Positions 20,614 to 29,801 of a stretch of DNA of 64,000 nt are shown here, piece by piece. This DNA is from Candidatus Fermentibacteraceae bacterium (GTDB taxonomy: Bacteria > Fermentibacterota > Fermentibacteria > Fermentibacterales > JCC-6). Positions within the stretch are counted from its first letter, which is position 1; the number at the start of each line of letters is the position of its first letter. The position numbers were made by a program, and so were the translations under genes. The stretch lies in the NCBI GenBank assembly GCA_027067855.1, contig JAMOUX010000026.1, forward strand, positions 16,473 through 80,472, given 5' to 3'. Under the pieces are notes generated by a model. That model was not told the DNA's origin. It saw nothing but the letters and a program-made list of their open reading frames with translations, and searched no databases.

Positions 20614-21591
20614 CTATCCCCGGGGAAGCCTTGCCCTGAGGATGTCCCGGCCTACCCCGGCGGATTTCGCGGCCAACAGCAATTTCAGGTGGGAAACCTC
20701 CAGTTCCTTCCTGAGCACGTAAGACAACAGCGGAAGCGGTCCGAACACCGGGAAGGATCCTTCCTCCAGCATCTCCAGAAGCATGGCGTCGTACTCTCTT
20801 TCCAATTCGTAGAAAGAACCGCTCTCCAGCGCCGAGTCGTATACCCCGGTCACCGCCTCGAAACCGGTGGTTTCTCCCAGAAGTTCGGAAAGCCCGGTTC
20901 CACCGCGCCTGTAGGCGGCGGATATCTCACCGGGGGAATGGTAACCGCCGGGAAAAAGAATTTTCTCCACTTCGTCGGGAGGGACGTCGTCCACGAGGCA
21001 TCTTCCCGCCGCGAGAAAATTTTTCTGCTCCAGCCGGACCTTCACGTAACGTCCGGCTTCCGGGTCCACGGGAGCCAGTTCTCCGATCTCCACTTCCGCA
21101 GCCAGCCTGTCCATCCTTCTGTCGAACCCGACGGTGTTCCCCTCTTCCAAGGCGGACACGTCCTCCAGGGCGGCCCGGAAAGCGGGAGGCAATTCCTCCC
21201 TCAATGCCGGATCCTCCGGCGCTCCCCCGAGAACATCGACTGGAACCAGCCCCGGTCTTTCCGTAGCGACGGCGGCTTCCTCTCCCAGGAACAATTTCGC
21301 TTTCCAGAGATACCTGGCGTTGCGCACGTCCCTCCGGTAGAGGATTCCCCTAACGATACTCCGGTCCGCCGAGAGTTCCAGCAATTCCTCCTCGGCAGCC
21401 TCCATGGCCCGAACGAAACATTCCTCCATGGAATAATGCTGCATGAAGGAACCGTACCAGGTGTCTCCTAGGAACCGTATCGCTTCTTCCCCGTCCCGGG
21501 CCGACAACAGCATCTGCCATATCCTGCGGTCGAGAAACGTGGTTTCCCCGGCGCTTATTCTTCCGTTTGCGTACACGAATCGTTCCGGCAT
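20614..21591 (-). CDS. ntpC: V/A-type ATPase subunit C (d)
   Basis: YANGRI N-terminus, FGPLPLLSYVLRKELEV..LK C-terminus; operon position. Confidence 0.85.
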   Translation of the reverse strand: MPERFVYANGRISAGETTFLDRRIWQMLLSARDGEEAIRFLGDTWYGSFMQHYSMEECFVRAMEAAEEELLELSADRSIVRGILYRRDVRNARYLWKAKLFLGEEAAVATERPGLVPVDVLGGAPEDPALREELPPAFRAALEDVSALEEGNTVGFDRRMDRLAAEVEIGELAPVDPEAGRYVKVRLEQKNFLAAGRCLVDDVPPDEVEKILFPGGYHSPGEISAAYRRGGTGLSELLGETTGFEAVTGVYDSALESGSFYELEREYDAMLLEMLEEGSFPVFGPLPLLSYVLRKELEVSHLKLLLAAKSAGVGRDILRARLPRG

Positions 21592-21594
21592 GTT

Positions 21595-22182
21595 CTAGAA
21601 CTTCTCCACGGGCACAAGCCCGGACAGTTCCATGACCATGTCTTCGTGAAAAAGCTCGGCTATCATGGAAAACGTACCGTTCTGGCTTATGTTTCCGGAC
21701 CTGAATATTACGCCTCCGGGCATGTGGTGACGCTCTCCGGAGAGGATGAATCTTCTCCTGTCTCCGGAATGTTCATCCAGGAATCTCTGGGTTATCCTGG
21801 ACTCGTCCGCCGGGGAGATGAGAACTTCGACTTCCCCCTCGAGGTCACAACGGTGAAGAAGGGCGGAAACCAATTCGAGGTATTCCTCGTCCCGGGCATC
21901 CGCCAGGCGCCTTACCGCCTTTTCCACCGCCTGGTCCACCATGGTCCTTCGTTCACTGAGAAGCTTCTTCAGCGCTTCGCGATGAACGTGGAACTTTCCG
22001 CGTTCCAGGGATTCCTTTCCCGCCGCCTTCACCTTGGCGGATTCCTTTCTGTACTCCCTGCCGAGCCGTTTCCTGAATTCCTCCAGGGCTTCATCCCTCT
22101 CCTTTTCCGCAGCGGCTACAATGGATCGGGCCCGGTTTCCGGCGTCCTCCAGTATCCTGGAGACTATCGCATCGACAGACAT
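21595..22182 (-). CDS. ntpE: V/A-type ATPase subunit E
   Basis: MSVDAIVSRILEDA coiled coil, GGVIF..G.I..N.T; operon position. Confidence 0.85.
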   Translation of the reverse strand: MSVDAIVSRILEDAGNRARSIVAAAEKERDEALEEFRKRLGREYRKESAKVKAAGKESLERGKFHVHREALKKLLSERRTMVDQAVEKAVRRLADARDEEYLELVSALLHRCDLEGEVEVLISPADESRITQRFLDEHSGDRRRFILSGERHHMPGGVIFRSGNISQNGTFSMIAELFHEDMVMELSGLVPVEKF

Positions 22183-22188
22183 TCCCCG

Positions 22189-22638
22189 CTACCCGCCGAT
22201 ACCCTGGAGCATGAGGAAGGAAACAAGGAAACCCAGAATGGCGTAGAATTCCACGAATACCGCCAGTATCAAGGATTTGGCGGAATCATCGGGCTGCTTG
22301 GCGGTCATCATGGCTCCACCGGCGCAAACCTTGCCCTGATGAATGCCCGAGACCAATCCGGCCAGAGCTATCGGTATACCTGCCGTGAACACCTGCCAGG
22401 CGGTGGCCATGTCTATTCCCGCTCCCACCTTGCCCAGCAGGAGGAAAGCTATGACGAAACCGTAGATCCCCTGGGTTCCGGGCAACGCAGACAGGAGGAG
22501 CAACTTTCCGAACTTCCCGGGATCGACGCTCATCACTCCCGTACTGGCCTGGGCGGCTATTCCCACACCCACGGCCGATCCGATTCCAGCCAGTGCGCAG
22601 GCAAGGGCTATTCCCATGTAAGCGATGAGTTGTTCCAC
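22189..22638 (-). CDS. ntpK: V/A-type ATPase subunit K (c), four TM helices
   Basis: GIGSAVGVG, LPGTQGIYG, SGIHQG, VEFYAIL. Confidence 0.95.
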   Translation of the reverse strand: MEQLIAYMGIALACALAGIGSAVGVGIAAQASTGVMSVDPGKFGKLLLLSALPGTQGIYGFVIAFLLLGKVGAGIDMATAWQVFTAGIPIALAGLVSGIHQGKVCAGGAMMTAKQPDDSAKSLILAVFVEFYAILGFLVSFLMLQGIGG

Positions 22639-24696
22639 TTAACGTCTCCCTTCGCTCTTTCCAAGAGCCGTTGGATCCTTTCTCGATATGTAAACGTACT
22701 TGGGTTTGAAAACCAGGGGTTTGAACGGTATCCCCGTTCCGTCGTAAAATTTGCCGAAAAATTCCACGAACTGTAATCTCGCCGTATGTATGAAACCGCT
22801 GAGCGCCGCCATCGCCACGTTGAACGCGTGTCCTCCCACCACCACCAACATGGCGAGAACGAACCCCAGCACCGGTATCCCCACCTGGTTCATGAGCATA
22901 CCCGCTATCCGGTTGATTACCTGCGCTATTATCGCGCTGGACAACGCCAGTGCGAACAACCTGGAGTAGGAGAGGACATCGCCCAGAAGATTCACGATGC
23001 CGTAAGTGGCGTAAGCTCCGAGGCCTATCTTTCCGAATCCCCTGGCCTTCCTGCCGCCCATTATGAAGATGAGAACCGCCCCCACGGTCAACATATTCAT
23101 GAAAACCTTGTCCATCGGACCGTTCACATCATAAAGAGTACCATCCAGCAGATACCTGTTGAACAACCATGGAAACAGGCCGGCGGTCGCCAGTAGCCAC
23201 CCGGATTGGTCCACCACCGCGGCCGGTCCTTCCCCGGCCCTCAGCCGCTTCACCAGGTTTACAACGATTCCGGTGGACAGTTGTACCAGGCCCAGGGCCA
23301 GGGTGAGGTACAGGAACTGTTTCGACACGGAGAAACTCTCCTGTCCCGGCTCGCCGGGACGAAAACCCGGAACCAGTCCGTTGAGCAGGTCCGCCGGAGC
23401 CTGGAGCAGCCGGGGAAGACGGTGGTACTCGATGCCGAACCAACCTCCCAGGAACACTCCCACGATGATGCTTGCAATTCCTCCCTGGAAGAGCAGCCGG
23501 AAAAGTTTCGTGTCCCCGTGACGCCTGGCGACCATGAACCATCCCAGGGCGGAACCCAGTGCTATGGCCAGACCGTAACCCGCGTCCCCTATGCATATTC
23601 CGAAAAAGAGAGCATAGAAAGGCGCCATAAGCGGGGTGGGATCAGGATCTTTCCGCGTGGGTCGGCCATACATATCCGTGAGTATCATATACGGCTCCGC
23701 CACAGGTTTTTCAGTGAGCGGAGAAGGCGGAACCTCTCCCTCGTCGGGTTCTATCACTTCCACGTCAACCTCGCCCAATCCGGAAAGCATCCTTTCGAGA
23801 GAATCCAGGTCCCGGGTTCTTATCCAGGCCCTGAAAAGCAGGGCGCTGCCGGAGGAGAGCGAGGCATTGGTCGCCTTAATTCTCTCCAGCAGGAGCGATG
23901 CGGCATCTCTGAGCTTCCGGAAATCCCCCAGTCTTTTCGCCAGGAGAACGGCCCTTTCGTGAAGCGCCCGCCTCCGGGCGGCTATTTGCCGCAGCTTTTC
24001 CTCCTGCTCCGCCAGAAGGTCGGCTATTCTTCCTTTCCTGGCTCCAAAATCCTGGATGGAAAAACCCGCGGCGGTAAGTTCCGGGAAAACCTTTTCTTCG
24101 ACCTCGACGTGCATGGCCACCAGAATCCTCGCCGTTCTTTTCCCTCTTCCCAATTCCTCCAGGTGGAACAGGGGAACCTCATCGGCGATACGTCTCGCGG
24201 TTTCGAGGAATTCCGCCGGTATCACGCCTGCGCAGATCAGGTATGCATCTCCGCGACGCAGTTCGTCGATGGACACCGGCATTCCTCTCCAATCGGAAAG
24301 GAAGGCCTTCTCCTGAAGCAACTCTTTTTCGATTCCTTCGAGCCTGGCCATCCGTACTGCCGTCATCCACGCCCTTTTCGCTTCCGCCACCAGTTCGGAG
24401 TCGTCGAGCAACGCCAGCAATTCCGACTCCTCCACCTCCTCGCCGGGGGCGGGAATCTCCGTCTCTCCGGCGGCTTCCTCTTCCAGAAAACCGATCGCAT
24501 TCTCCAGGTTCGCTATCTTCCGGGAAAGTTCCGCCGTATCCAGGTGCGTGGGTCTGAAATATTCCAGGTTTCCGTCCTCCACCCGGGCGAGGTTCAGCAG
24601 GTGCACTCCTCCGAAGGATTCCAGAGCGGCCACCAGATCGGCCCTGCGAACCGAATGACAGAGAACCTCGATTTTCGAGACGCTGTCCAGGCTCAT
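22639..24696 (-). CDS. ntpI: V/A-type ATPase subunit I (a)
   Basis: DPTPLMAPFY, GDAGYG, GDVLSYSRLFAL (essential Arg), IHTARLQFVEFFGKFY. Confidence 0.95.
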   Translation of the reverse strand: MSLDSVSKIEVLCHSVRRADLVAALESFGGVHLLNLARVEDGNLEYFRPTHLDTAELSRKIANLENAIGFLEEEAAGETEIPAPGEEVEESELLALLDDSELVAEAKRAWMTAVRMARLEGIEKELLQEKAFLSDWRGMPVSIDELRRGDAYLICAGVIPAEFLETARRIADEVPLFHLEELGRGKRTARILVAMHVEVEEKVFPELTAAGFSIQDFGARKGRIADLLAEQEEKLRQIAARRRALHERAVLLAKRLGDFRKLRDAASLLLERIKATNASLSSGSALLFRAWIRTRDLDSLERMLSGLGEVDVEVIEPDEGEVPPSPLTEKPVAEPYMILTDMYGRPTRKDPDPTPLMAPFYALFFGICIGDAGYGLAIALGSALGWFMVARRHGDTKLFRLLFQGGIASIIVGVFLGGWFGIEYHRLPRLLQAPADLLNGLVPGFRPGEPGQESFSVSKQFLYLTLALGLVQLSTGIVVNLVKRLRAGEGPAAVVDQSGWLLATAGLFPWLFNRYLLDGTLYDVNGPMDKVFMNMLTVGAVLIFIMGGRKARGFGKIGLGAYATYGIVNLLGDVLSYSRLFALALSSAIIAQVINRIAGMLMNQVGIPVLGFVLAMLVVVGGHAFNVAMAALSGFIHTARLQFVEFFGKFYDGTGIPFKPLVFKPKYVYISRKDPTALGKSEGRR

Positions 24697-24699
24697 CCG

Positions 24700-25014
24700 T
24701 TACGCCTCTCCCGCCAGGATGATCCGCCGAAGACGTTCCTCCGCCGCGACTTCAAGGGATTCCCTTCGTGCGGACAGATCCTTCACCCGCCTATTCATCT
24801 CCGCTTCCAGTTCCCGCCTGATCTCCTCCAGCCGCTTTTCCACTCTCTCCCCTATGACCCGGGCCTCTTCTTCGAGCTTCTTCTCCATCTTTCTTCTCTC
24901 GGCTTTATAAAGATCGGGCAGGGACAGCCTTATCCTCTGAGCTTCCTTCTCGGCTTTCTCGATTTCCCGCCGAGCCTTTTCCTCCGCTTCTCGGAGCCGC
25001 TCCAGCTTAGTCAT
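24700..25014 (-). CDS. V/A-type ATPase peripheral stalk subunit H/G
   Basis: MTKLERLREAEEKARREIEKAE charged coiled coil; first gene of the operon. Confidence 0.75.
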   Translation of the reverse strand: MTKLERLREAEEKARREIEKAEKEAQRIRLSLPDLYKAERRKMEKKLEEEARVIGERVEKRLEEIRRELEAEMNRRVKDLSARRESLEVAAEERLRRIILAGEA

Positions 25015-25110
25015 CCTGTACCAACCTTTCGGACGGATCCCCGGTCGATTCCCCTCCCGGAAAGGGCGGCGGCAGTCACGTAAAGGATATACCTCCATGA
25101 ATCAGCGCCT

Positions 25111-25207
25111 TGTGGATAATACTTACGAAGCTACTTTAAGTGATTGCGTAACTCCTGGCCACCAAAGAACATACTGGGTTTTCCACAGTTTCCGGAAGTT
25201 TTCCACA
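25111..25207. promoter_or_regulatory. Cluster of three DnaA boxes upstream of the ATPase operon
   Basis: TGTGGATAA 25111-25119 (perfect box on the reverse strand); TTTTCCACA 25179-25187 and 25199-25207. Confidence 0.6.
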
Positions 25208-25214
25208 TCAAGGA

Positions 25215-25571
25215 CTATTTCCCTGACTTGTTGCCCTGGCTCATCTTGCACGATCCTTCGAAGAATACACCATCCTCGATGACCAGCGACCTCGTGAAAA
25301 TGTCACCTTCCATTCGGGAACCGCCGTGAAGCTCGAGCTGTTCTTCCGCTTTCACCGTTCCCTGGATCTTGCCTCCCACTATGGCCTGCCTGACCACGAT
25401 GTCTCCTTTTATCACCCCGTCGGGTCCCACGGTCAGGGTGCCCGATACATTGACCTCTCCTTCGACGGTTCCGTCCACCCTGAGTCCCCCGTCCACCTTG
25501 ACGGAACCCTTGAAAAAACTTCCCGGTCCCAGTATCGAGTCCATCTTGACGGATGTTTCGTTCTTGCTCAT
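25215..25571 (-). CDS. Bactofilin (polymer-forming cytoskeletal protein)
   Basis: SILGPGSFFKG, LRVDGTVEGEV, LVIEDGVFFEGSCKM beta-helix pattern. Confidence 0.93.
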   Translation of the reverse strand: MSKNETSVKMDSILGPGSFFKGSVKVDGGLRVDGTVEGEVNVSGTLTVGPDGVIKGDIVVRQAIVGGKIQGTVKAEEQLELHGGSRMEGDIFTRSLVIEDGVFFEGSCKMSQGNKSGK

Positions 25572-25939
25572 CTTGGCTCCTCGTCAGTAGCTCCATCGGT
25601 GGAATCCTCTCCGGGGGATATCACCGATGCAACATGCTCCATCTTTGTTTCATACTCATCGAGAAGCTTAAGCTTCTGCTCCAGGAGTTCCATCCTCATC
25701 TCCAAACCCTGTTGAAGCGTCAGGGAGTCACGCAATCCGGCGATTTCCTCCGCGAGCCTGTGCCTCTCCCCGGCATTCAGCAAACCGAACGCCGTCACGA
25801 TCACGGCTGCGGTAATTACCAGAACCACCGCCGCGATAACCAACCTAAGGAGTACGAGTTTCCACCCGCTCACGTCGTATCGCCGCACATACCTGCCGGT
25901 GTTCGAAACGAATGTGGCGGTGAAGCCTTTTTCCGGCAT
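25568..25939 (-). CDS. Single-TM coiled-coil protein resembling the N-terminal half of bactofilin-linked M23 peptidases
   Basis: Short cytoplasmic segment, TM helix, coiled coil; stop overlaps the bactofilin start (ATGA). Confidence 0.6.
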   Translation of the reverse strand: MPEKGFTATFVSNTGRYVRRYDVSGWKLVLLRLVIAAVVLVITAAVIVTAFGLLNAGERHRLAEEIAGLRDSLTLQQGLEMRMELLEQKLKLLDEYETKMEHVASVISPGEDSTDGATDEEPR

Positions 25940-25971
25940 TTGACCAGTCCATCCCCGCTTGCGCAAGCGTT

Positions 25972-26001
25972 ATTCTAAGCCCTGACGTCGCCCACCGTCA
26001 A
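25972..26001 (-). promoter_or_regulatory. Putative sigma70 promoter for the bactofilin pair
   Basis: TTGACG-18 nt-TAGAAT on the minus strand. Confidence 0.5.
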
Positions 26002-26141
26002 CAAACGGAAACCCGGATGCCCATGCGGGAAAATACCATCCGGTGCGATTCCCACACCCGGTGCTCCGCATTTTCAAATGTACCCACCGACCAAGTTTCG
26101 AATTAACGAAATTCATGAATGAGGAACCGTACCGGGCAATC

Positions 26142-29100
26142 CTACACGAAATGAAGTCCCCCGTTCCCGGAAAGCCCGCTCTTCCCCGAAATGAACCTCA
26201 ATAAACTCTTCTTCAATTTGTCCGGCCTGTCCGCCAACGACCTGATGTAGAGCCTGGCCCTGCCGTTGCTCCACAATTCGTCTATCAATTGTATCAACTC
26301 ACTGTCCCTGCTCACCGCCTCAAGCAACGATTGGTGGGCTTCCACCAGGGAAAGCAGGTCGGTTCTCGTATTGTCCTGGGTCCACTTTATCAGGATGGCA
26401 ACAGTATTGGCGTTGTCCCTGTACTTCCTGCGCATTCCCAGGCTTATGGTTCCCGCTTCCTCCGCAGTGAGTTCACCGGTCCTGGTGCTTATCTCTATGA
26501 AGAACTGCACCACCGTTTCCACGGCGTCTCTCGCCGCATCCACAACCGAAGCGGGTTTCGGAGCCTCGGGATTGAAGAGCCAGATGCGATCCATGGCGGA
26601 GCGTACGGATTTTATCTCAGAAGGTTTTCTTTTCAGTATCCTGGATTCCAGGGTCGAGAAAATCTTCCCGTAGTATTTCATGAAGAGTATCTGGTCTTTT
26701 GCCGTCTTTTCTCCCGAAAGCCTGTCGAAAAGCCTGATGGAGATCTTCCTGCCCGGAGTGAAACCCGAAACGGCCTCCGCCGCTTTCTTGGTGGCTTTCC
26801 TCAGCCACATCAGCTTGTACACGTTCTTGTCCAGGTTCCTGACGGCTATGTCCACGTTCATGGGTCGTCCTCCCTCGCCGGTCGCAAGGGACTTCTCCAG
26901 CGCCTTCAGCACTATGGACGGGCTGAAATCGTCGTCTGTTCCGAGATAGTCGAGTATCGTCACGAACTCGTCCATCATCTGTTCTATCTTATCGAGACTC
27001 TTCTTGTCCATGCTCAACATGATGATGTCCAGAAGGATGTTCTCGAACGTACTGAAGACCCTGTTCCTCCAGCAATGACATGCGTTCTCGCCGGGAATGC
27101 ACGGCTGTTTCGCGAAATATTCCTCAACGGCCGGGGGCAGGTTATCCCGTTCCTCTCCGTCCGCCTGGAACTCCATCAGCCGTATCACCTCGATAGGTTC
27201 CCATTCCCCGGAAACTTTCAGGAATTCTTCCAGTTCCCGCCGGGAATCCACGTCGCTTCCCGCCTCTATCACTTCTCCGTAACCGTTTTCTATGAAACTC
27301 TCTATGAGTTTTCTGCCCTCTCTCAGCAGTATCCGCCTGTGCAGGAAGGACGATGCGAAAGGCTGTATCGATTCCAGGAGTTCGGACATGAACCCGGAAG
27401 ACGCCTCCCTGAGGTTACGCCATTCCTCGAGAAGCGCCGAGGCATCGAATTTTTCTGCGAAACCCGAGTACTCCGCTCCATCCCGGGCGGCCTTTCTCGC
27501 AAATTCTCCAAGAAGTTCCGTTTCCAGCTTCCCCGCCACCCATGAAAGAAAAGGAGCCCCCGCGGGTTCGCCGTACTTGGAAGAAACGGTGAGTTCCGAC
27601 AATTTCTCGAGGTATGCCTCTATACCCCGGGGATCGTCGGCGTCGAGTTCCGCCACCAGGGGGATTATTTTCCCGAAGAACAGCGTGGCGGTCTTGAGCT
27701 GCCACAGAGCCACTTCACTGTTCTCGGTCTCCTTCGAGGGGATGATGGTGTCTATGACTTTCCTAATGAACCCGCCGGTCAGCCTCTCGGCCACGAAGGG
27801 ATATTCTATAAGGGTCTTAACCAGCGCAGTGAGCCCTTCCGAGAGGAACTTGCCGAAGATTCTCTGCCCGGTCTTCTCTATCCAGACCGCCTGCTGGGAC
27901 AGGGTGTCGCAAATGATCCTCGCCGTTCTGATGATGTCGGCGGCGCCCTGCTTCTCTATTCCGGGAATCCTGAGGAGATTTTCCATGGTCTTCTTAAGAG
28001 CCTGGCTGCGATCCTCCGCCCTGAAGAGTTTTCCCAGTATTTCGGTCTCTTCCTCGCGCAGCTGTTCTATGCTCATATCCTTGTTGTAGATGATCACGCC
28101 GCTGGACACCAGTTCCTCAAAAACCGGATCCGCCGTCCCGGTTTCCAGGATAAGGGGAGCCATCACCTTGTCCATGAACCTGCCCCTCAGCTCCTCCCTG
28201 CTTACTTCTCCCAGGGTCCGCAGGACTATTTCGGCCGCTTCTACGGTATCCTCCACCAGGGGGGCGATCCATTCGGTTTGTTCTCCTTCAAGAAGCCTTC
28301 TCCTGTAACTCTCGTCCAGCAATCCCAGTATTCCCGTGAACACTTCGCAACGTTTCAGCAAATCGTTGAAACCTACATTGTTCGAAACCCTTATCAGGAA
28401 AACCAGCGTCGTCAGCAAACCGTCCCGATCCACGGAAATTCCCTCTATATAATCGGAAAGCGCCTCAATATCGGCTCCGGGATCGTCGGACTTCAGGATA
28501 GAATCGAGAAGTTTTCCGAGGGAATTCACTATCCGTTTCATCTCCCCGGGATCTTCCTTGTCCTCGAGGAAGGAAAGGGCCACTGGGATGAACTTCACGA
28601 AATACCCGGTCTTGTGAGTCAATGCGTACTTTTTCCCGCTGCGCTCCTCCGCGAGTTTCGATATCAGGAAGATTCTGCCCGCCTTGCCACTCTCCTTCAG
28701 CAGATCAATAATCTCCCTGTAGTCGACGTAACTCGCCGAATCAGCTCCCGTGAAGAGCACCATCTCGGCCACCAGCCTGCCGTATTCGATGGGGGTTCCG
28801 ACTCCCGGCCCGGGGAGTGCCGTAACTTCCAGGCATATCTTCTGTTCGGCCTTGCAGCGCAGGGTCTTGACCGCGAAATCGCTGAGCCTGTCCCGAATTT
28901 CCCCGGTCTCCTCCGGCATGAGACCGGGTCGTATTTCGGCAACGAGATCGTTCATGGCTCCATTTACCAGGTTTTCCAGTTCCCCGCTCTCTTCCAGCCT
29001 TCCCAGGAATCCCGCCAGGACCTTGATGGATTCCATGGGCATGGTAAATCCCCGCATCTTTTTGAAAAGGGCTTCTCCGGTACGGCTTATGGACCGCCAC

Positions 29101-29801
29101 ACCGGGAGTTCCTCGTCCGCCAGGAGGTACCACCCTGTTTCCATGGCAAAATCCAGCAGTACTTCCCCGATCTCGGAACCCGTGTCGTCTATGACTTCCA
29201 CCGCACGGTCCAGAGCACGGATAACGTTGACTCCCACTATTCTGCTACGCTCCAGCATGAACGGAAACCGTTCCGGCCACCTTATTCCCTTATCCACCAG
29301 GCTTTCCATTTTGGCCACGTCGGTCTCTACGTCGGAGAGCACCTCGAGTACCTTGAACATCAGGGCCAGGAGTTCATCAAAATCGATGCCCGTCGCCGGA
29401 CCTATCTGGTTCCACACCCAGCCCAACCTGAAAAATTCCTCGACCGCCGGCTCCACCGCGTTCCCCGGCAGGTTGGTAAGGGCATTGAACCATCCCACGG
29501 CGTAATCCTCCCGCACAGGGGGAGGTGATACCATCTTAGCCAGGTTGTCCAGGAGTCTCACGGCATCCTTGTATTTGATCGAGGAGAGAAGCGCGGACAG
29601 GGATTCCCCCGCCCTGGTCCACTGGTCGTGGAAGATCGTCAGGGACATTACGAGACCCTTCATCTCCGGGGATACCAAGGCATTCGGGGTTTTCTTGCCG
29701 GGCAGGGTGAACCCCGTTCCCACCTGCGGAGGCTTGGAAGCTCGGGTGCCGTTCTCCCGGCACCATTCCTCTATCTCGAGGATAATGTCTTCCAGGCCTA
29801 T
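26142..29801 (-). CDS. Large hypothetical alpha-helical protein (1168-1219 aa depending on start)
   Basis: Uninterrupted 3.6-kb frame with host-like codon usage; frame stays open to the gyrA stop. Candidate starts: ATA 29801, GTG 29723, ATG 29648. Confidence 0.85.
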   Translation of the reverse strand: MGLEDIILEIEEWCRENGTRASKPPQVGTGFTLPGKKTPNALVSPEMKGLVMSLTIFHDQWTRAGESLSALLSSIKYKDAVRLLDNLAKMVSPPPVREDYAVGWFNALTNLPGNAVEPAVEEFFRLGWVWNQIGPATGIDFDELLALMFKVLEVLSDVETDVAKMESLVDKGIRWPERFPFMLERSRIVGVNVIRALDRAVEVIDDTGSEIGEVLLDFAMETGWYLLADEELPVWRSISRTGEALFKKMRGFTMPMESIKVLAGFLGRLEESGELENLVNGAMNDLVAEIRPGLMPEETGEIRDRLSDFAVKTLRCKAEQKICLEVTALPGPGVGTPIEYGRLVAEMVLFTGADSASYVDYREIIDLLKESGKAGRIFLISKLAEERSGKKYALTHKTGYFVKFIPVALSFLEDKEDPGEMKRIVNSLGKLLDSILKSDDPGADIEALSDYIEGISVDRDGLLTTLVFLIRVSNNVGFNDLLKRCEVFTGILGLLDESYRRRLLEGEQTEWIAPLVEDTVEAAEIVLRTLGEVSREELRGRFMDKVMAPLILETGTADPVFEELVSSGVIIYNKDMSIEQLREEETEILGKLFRAEDRSQALKKTMENLLRIPGIEKQGAADIIRTARIICDTLSQQAVWIEKTGQRIFGKFLSEGLTALVKTLIEYPFVAERLTGGFIRKVIDTIIPSKETENSEVALWQLKTATLFFGKIIPLVAELDADDPRGIEAYLEKLSELTVSSKYGEPAGAPFLSWVAGKLETELLGEFARKAARDGAEYSGFAEKFDASALLEEWRNLREASSGFMSELLESIQPFASSFLHRRILLREGRKLIESFIENGYGEVIEAGSDVDSRRELEEFLKVSGEWEPIEVIRLMEFQADGEERDNLPPAVEEYFAKQPCIPGENACHCWRNRVFSTFENILLDIIMLSMDKKSLDKIEQMMDEFVTILDYLGTDDDFSPSIVLKALEKSLATGEGGRPMNVDIAVRNLDKNVYKLMWLRKATKKAAEAVSGFTPGRKISIRLFDRLSGEKTAKDQILFMKYYGKIFSTLESRILKRKPSEIKSVRSAMDRIWLFNPEAPKPASVVDAARDAVETVVQFFIEISTRTGELTAEEAGTISLGMRRKYRDNANTVAILIKWTQDNTRTDLLSLVEAHQSLLEAVSRDSELIQLIDELWSNGRARLYIRSLADRPDKLKKSLLRFISGKSGLSGNGGLHFV

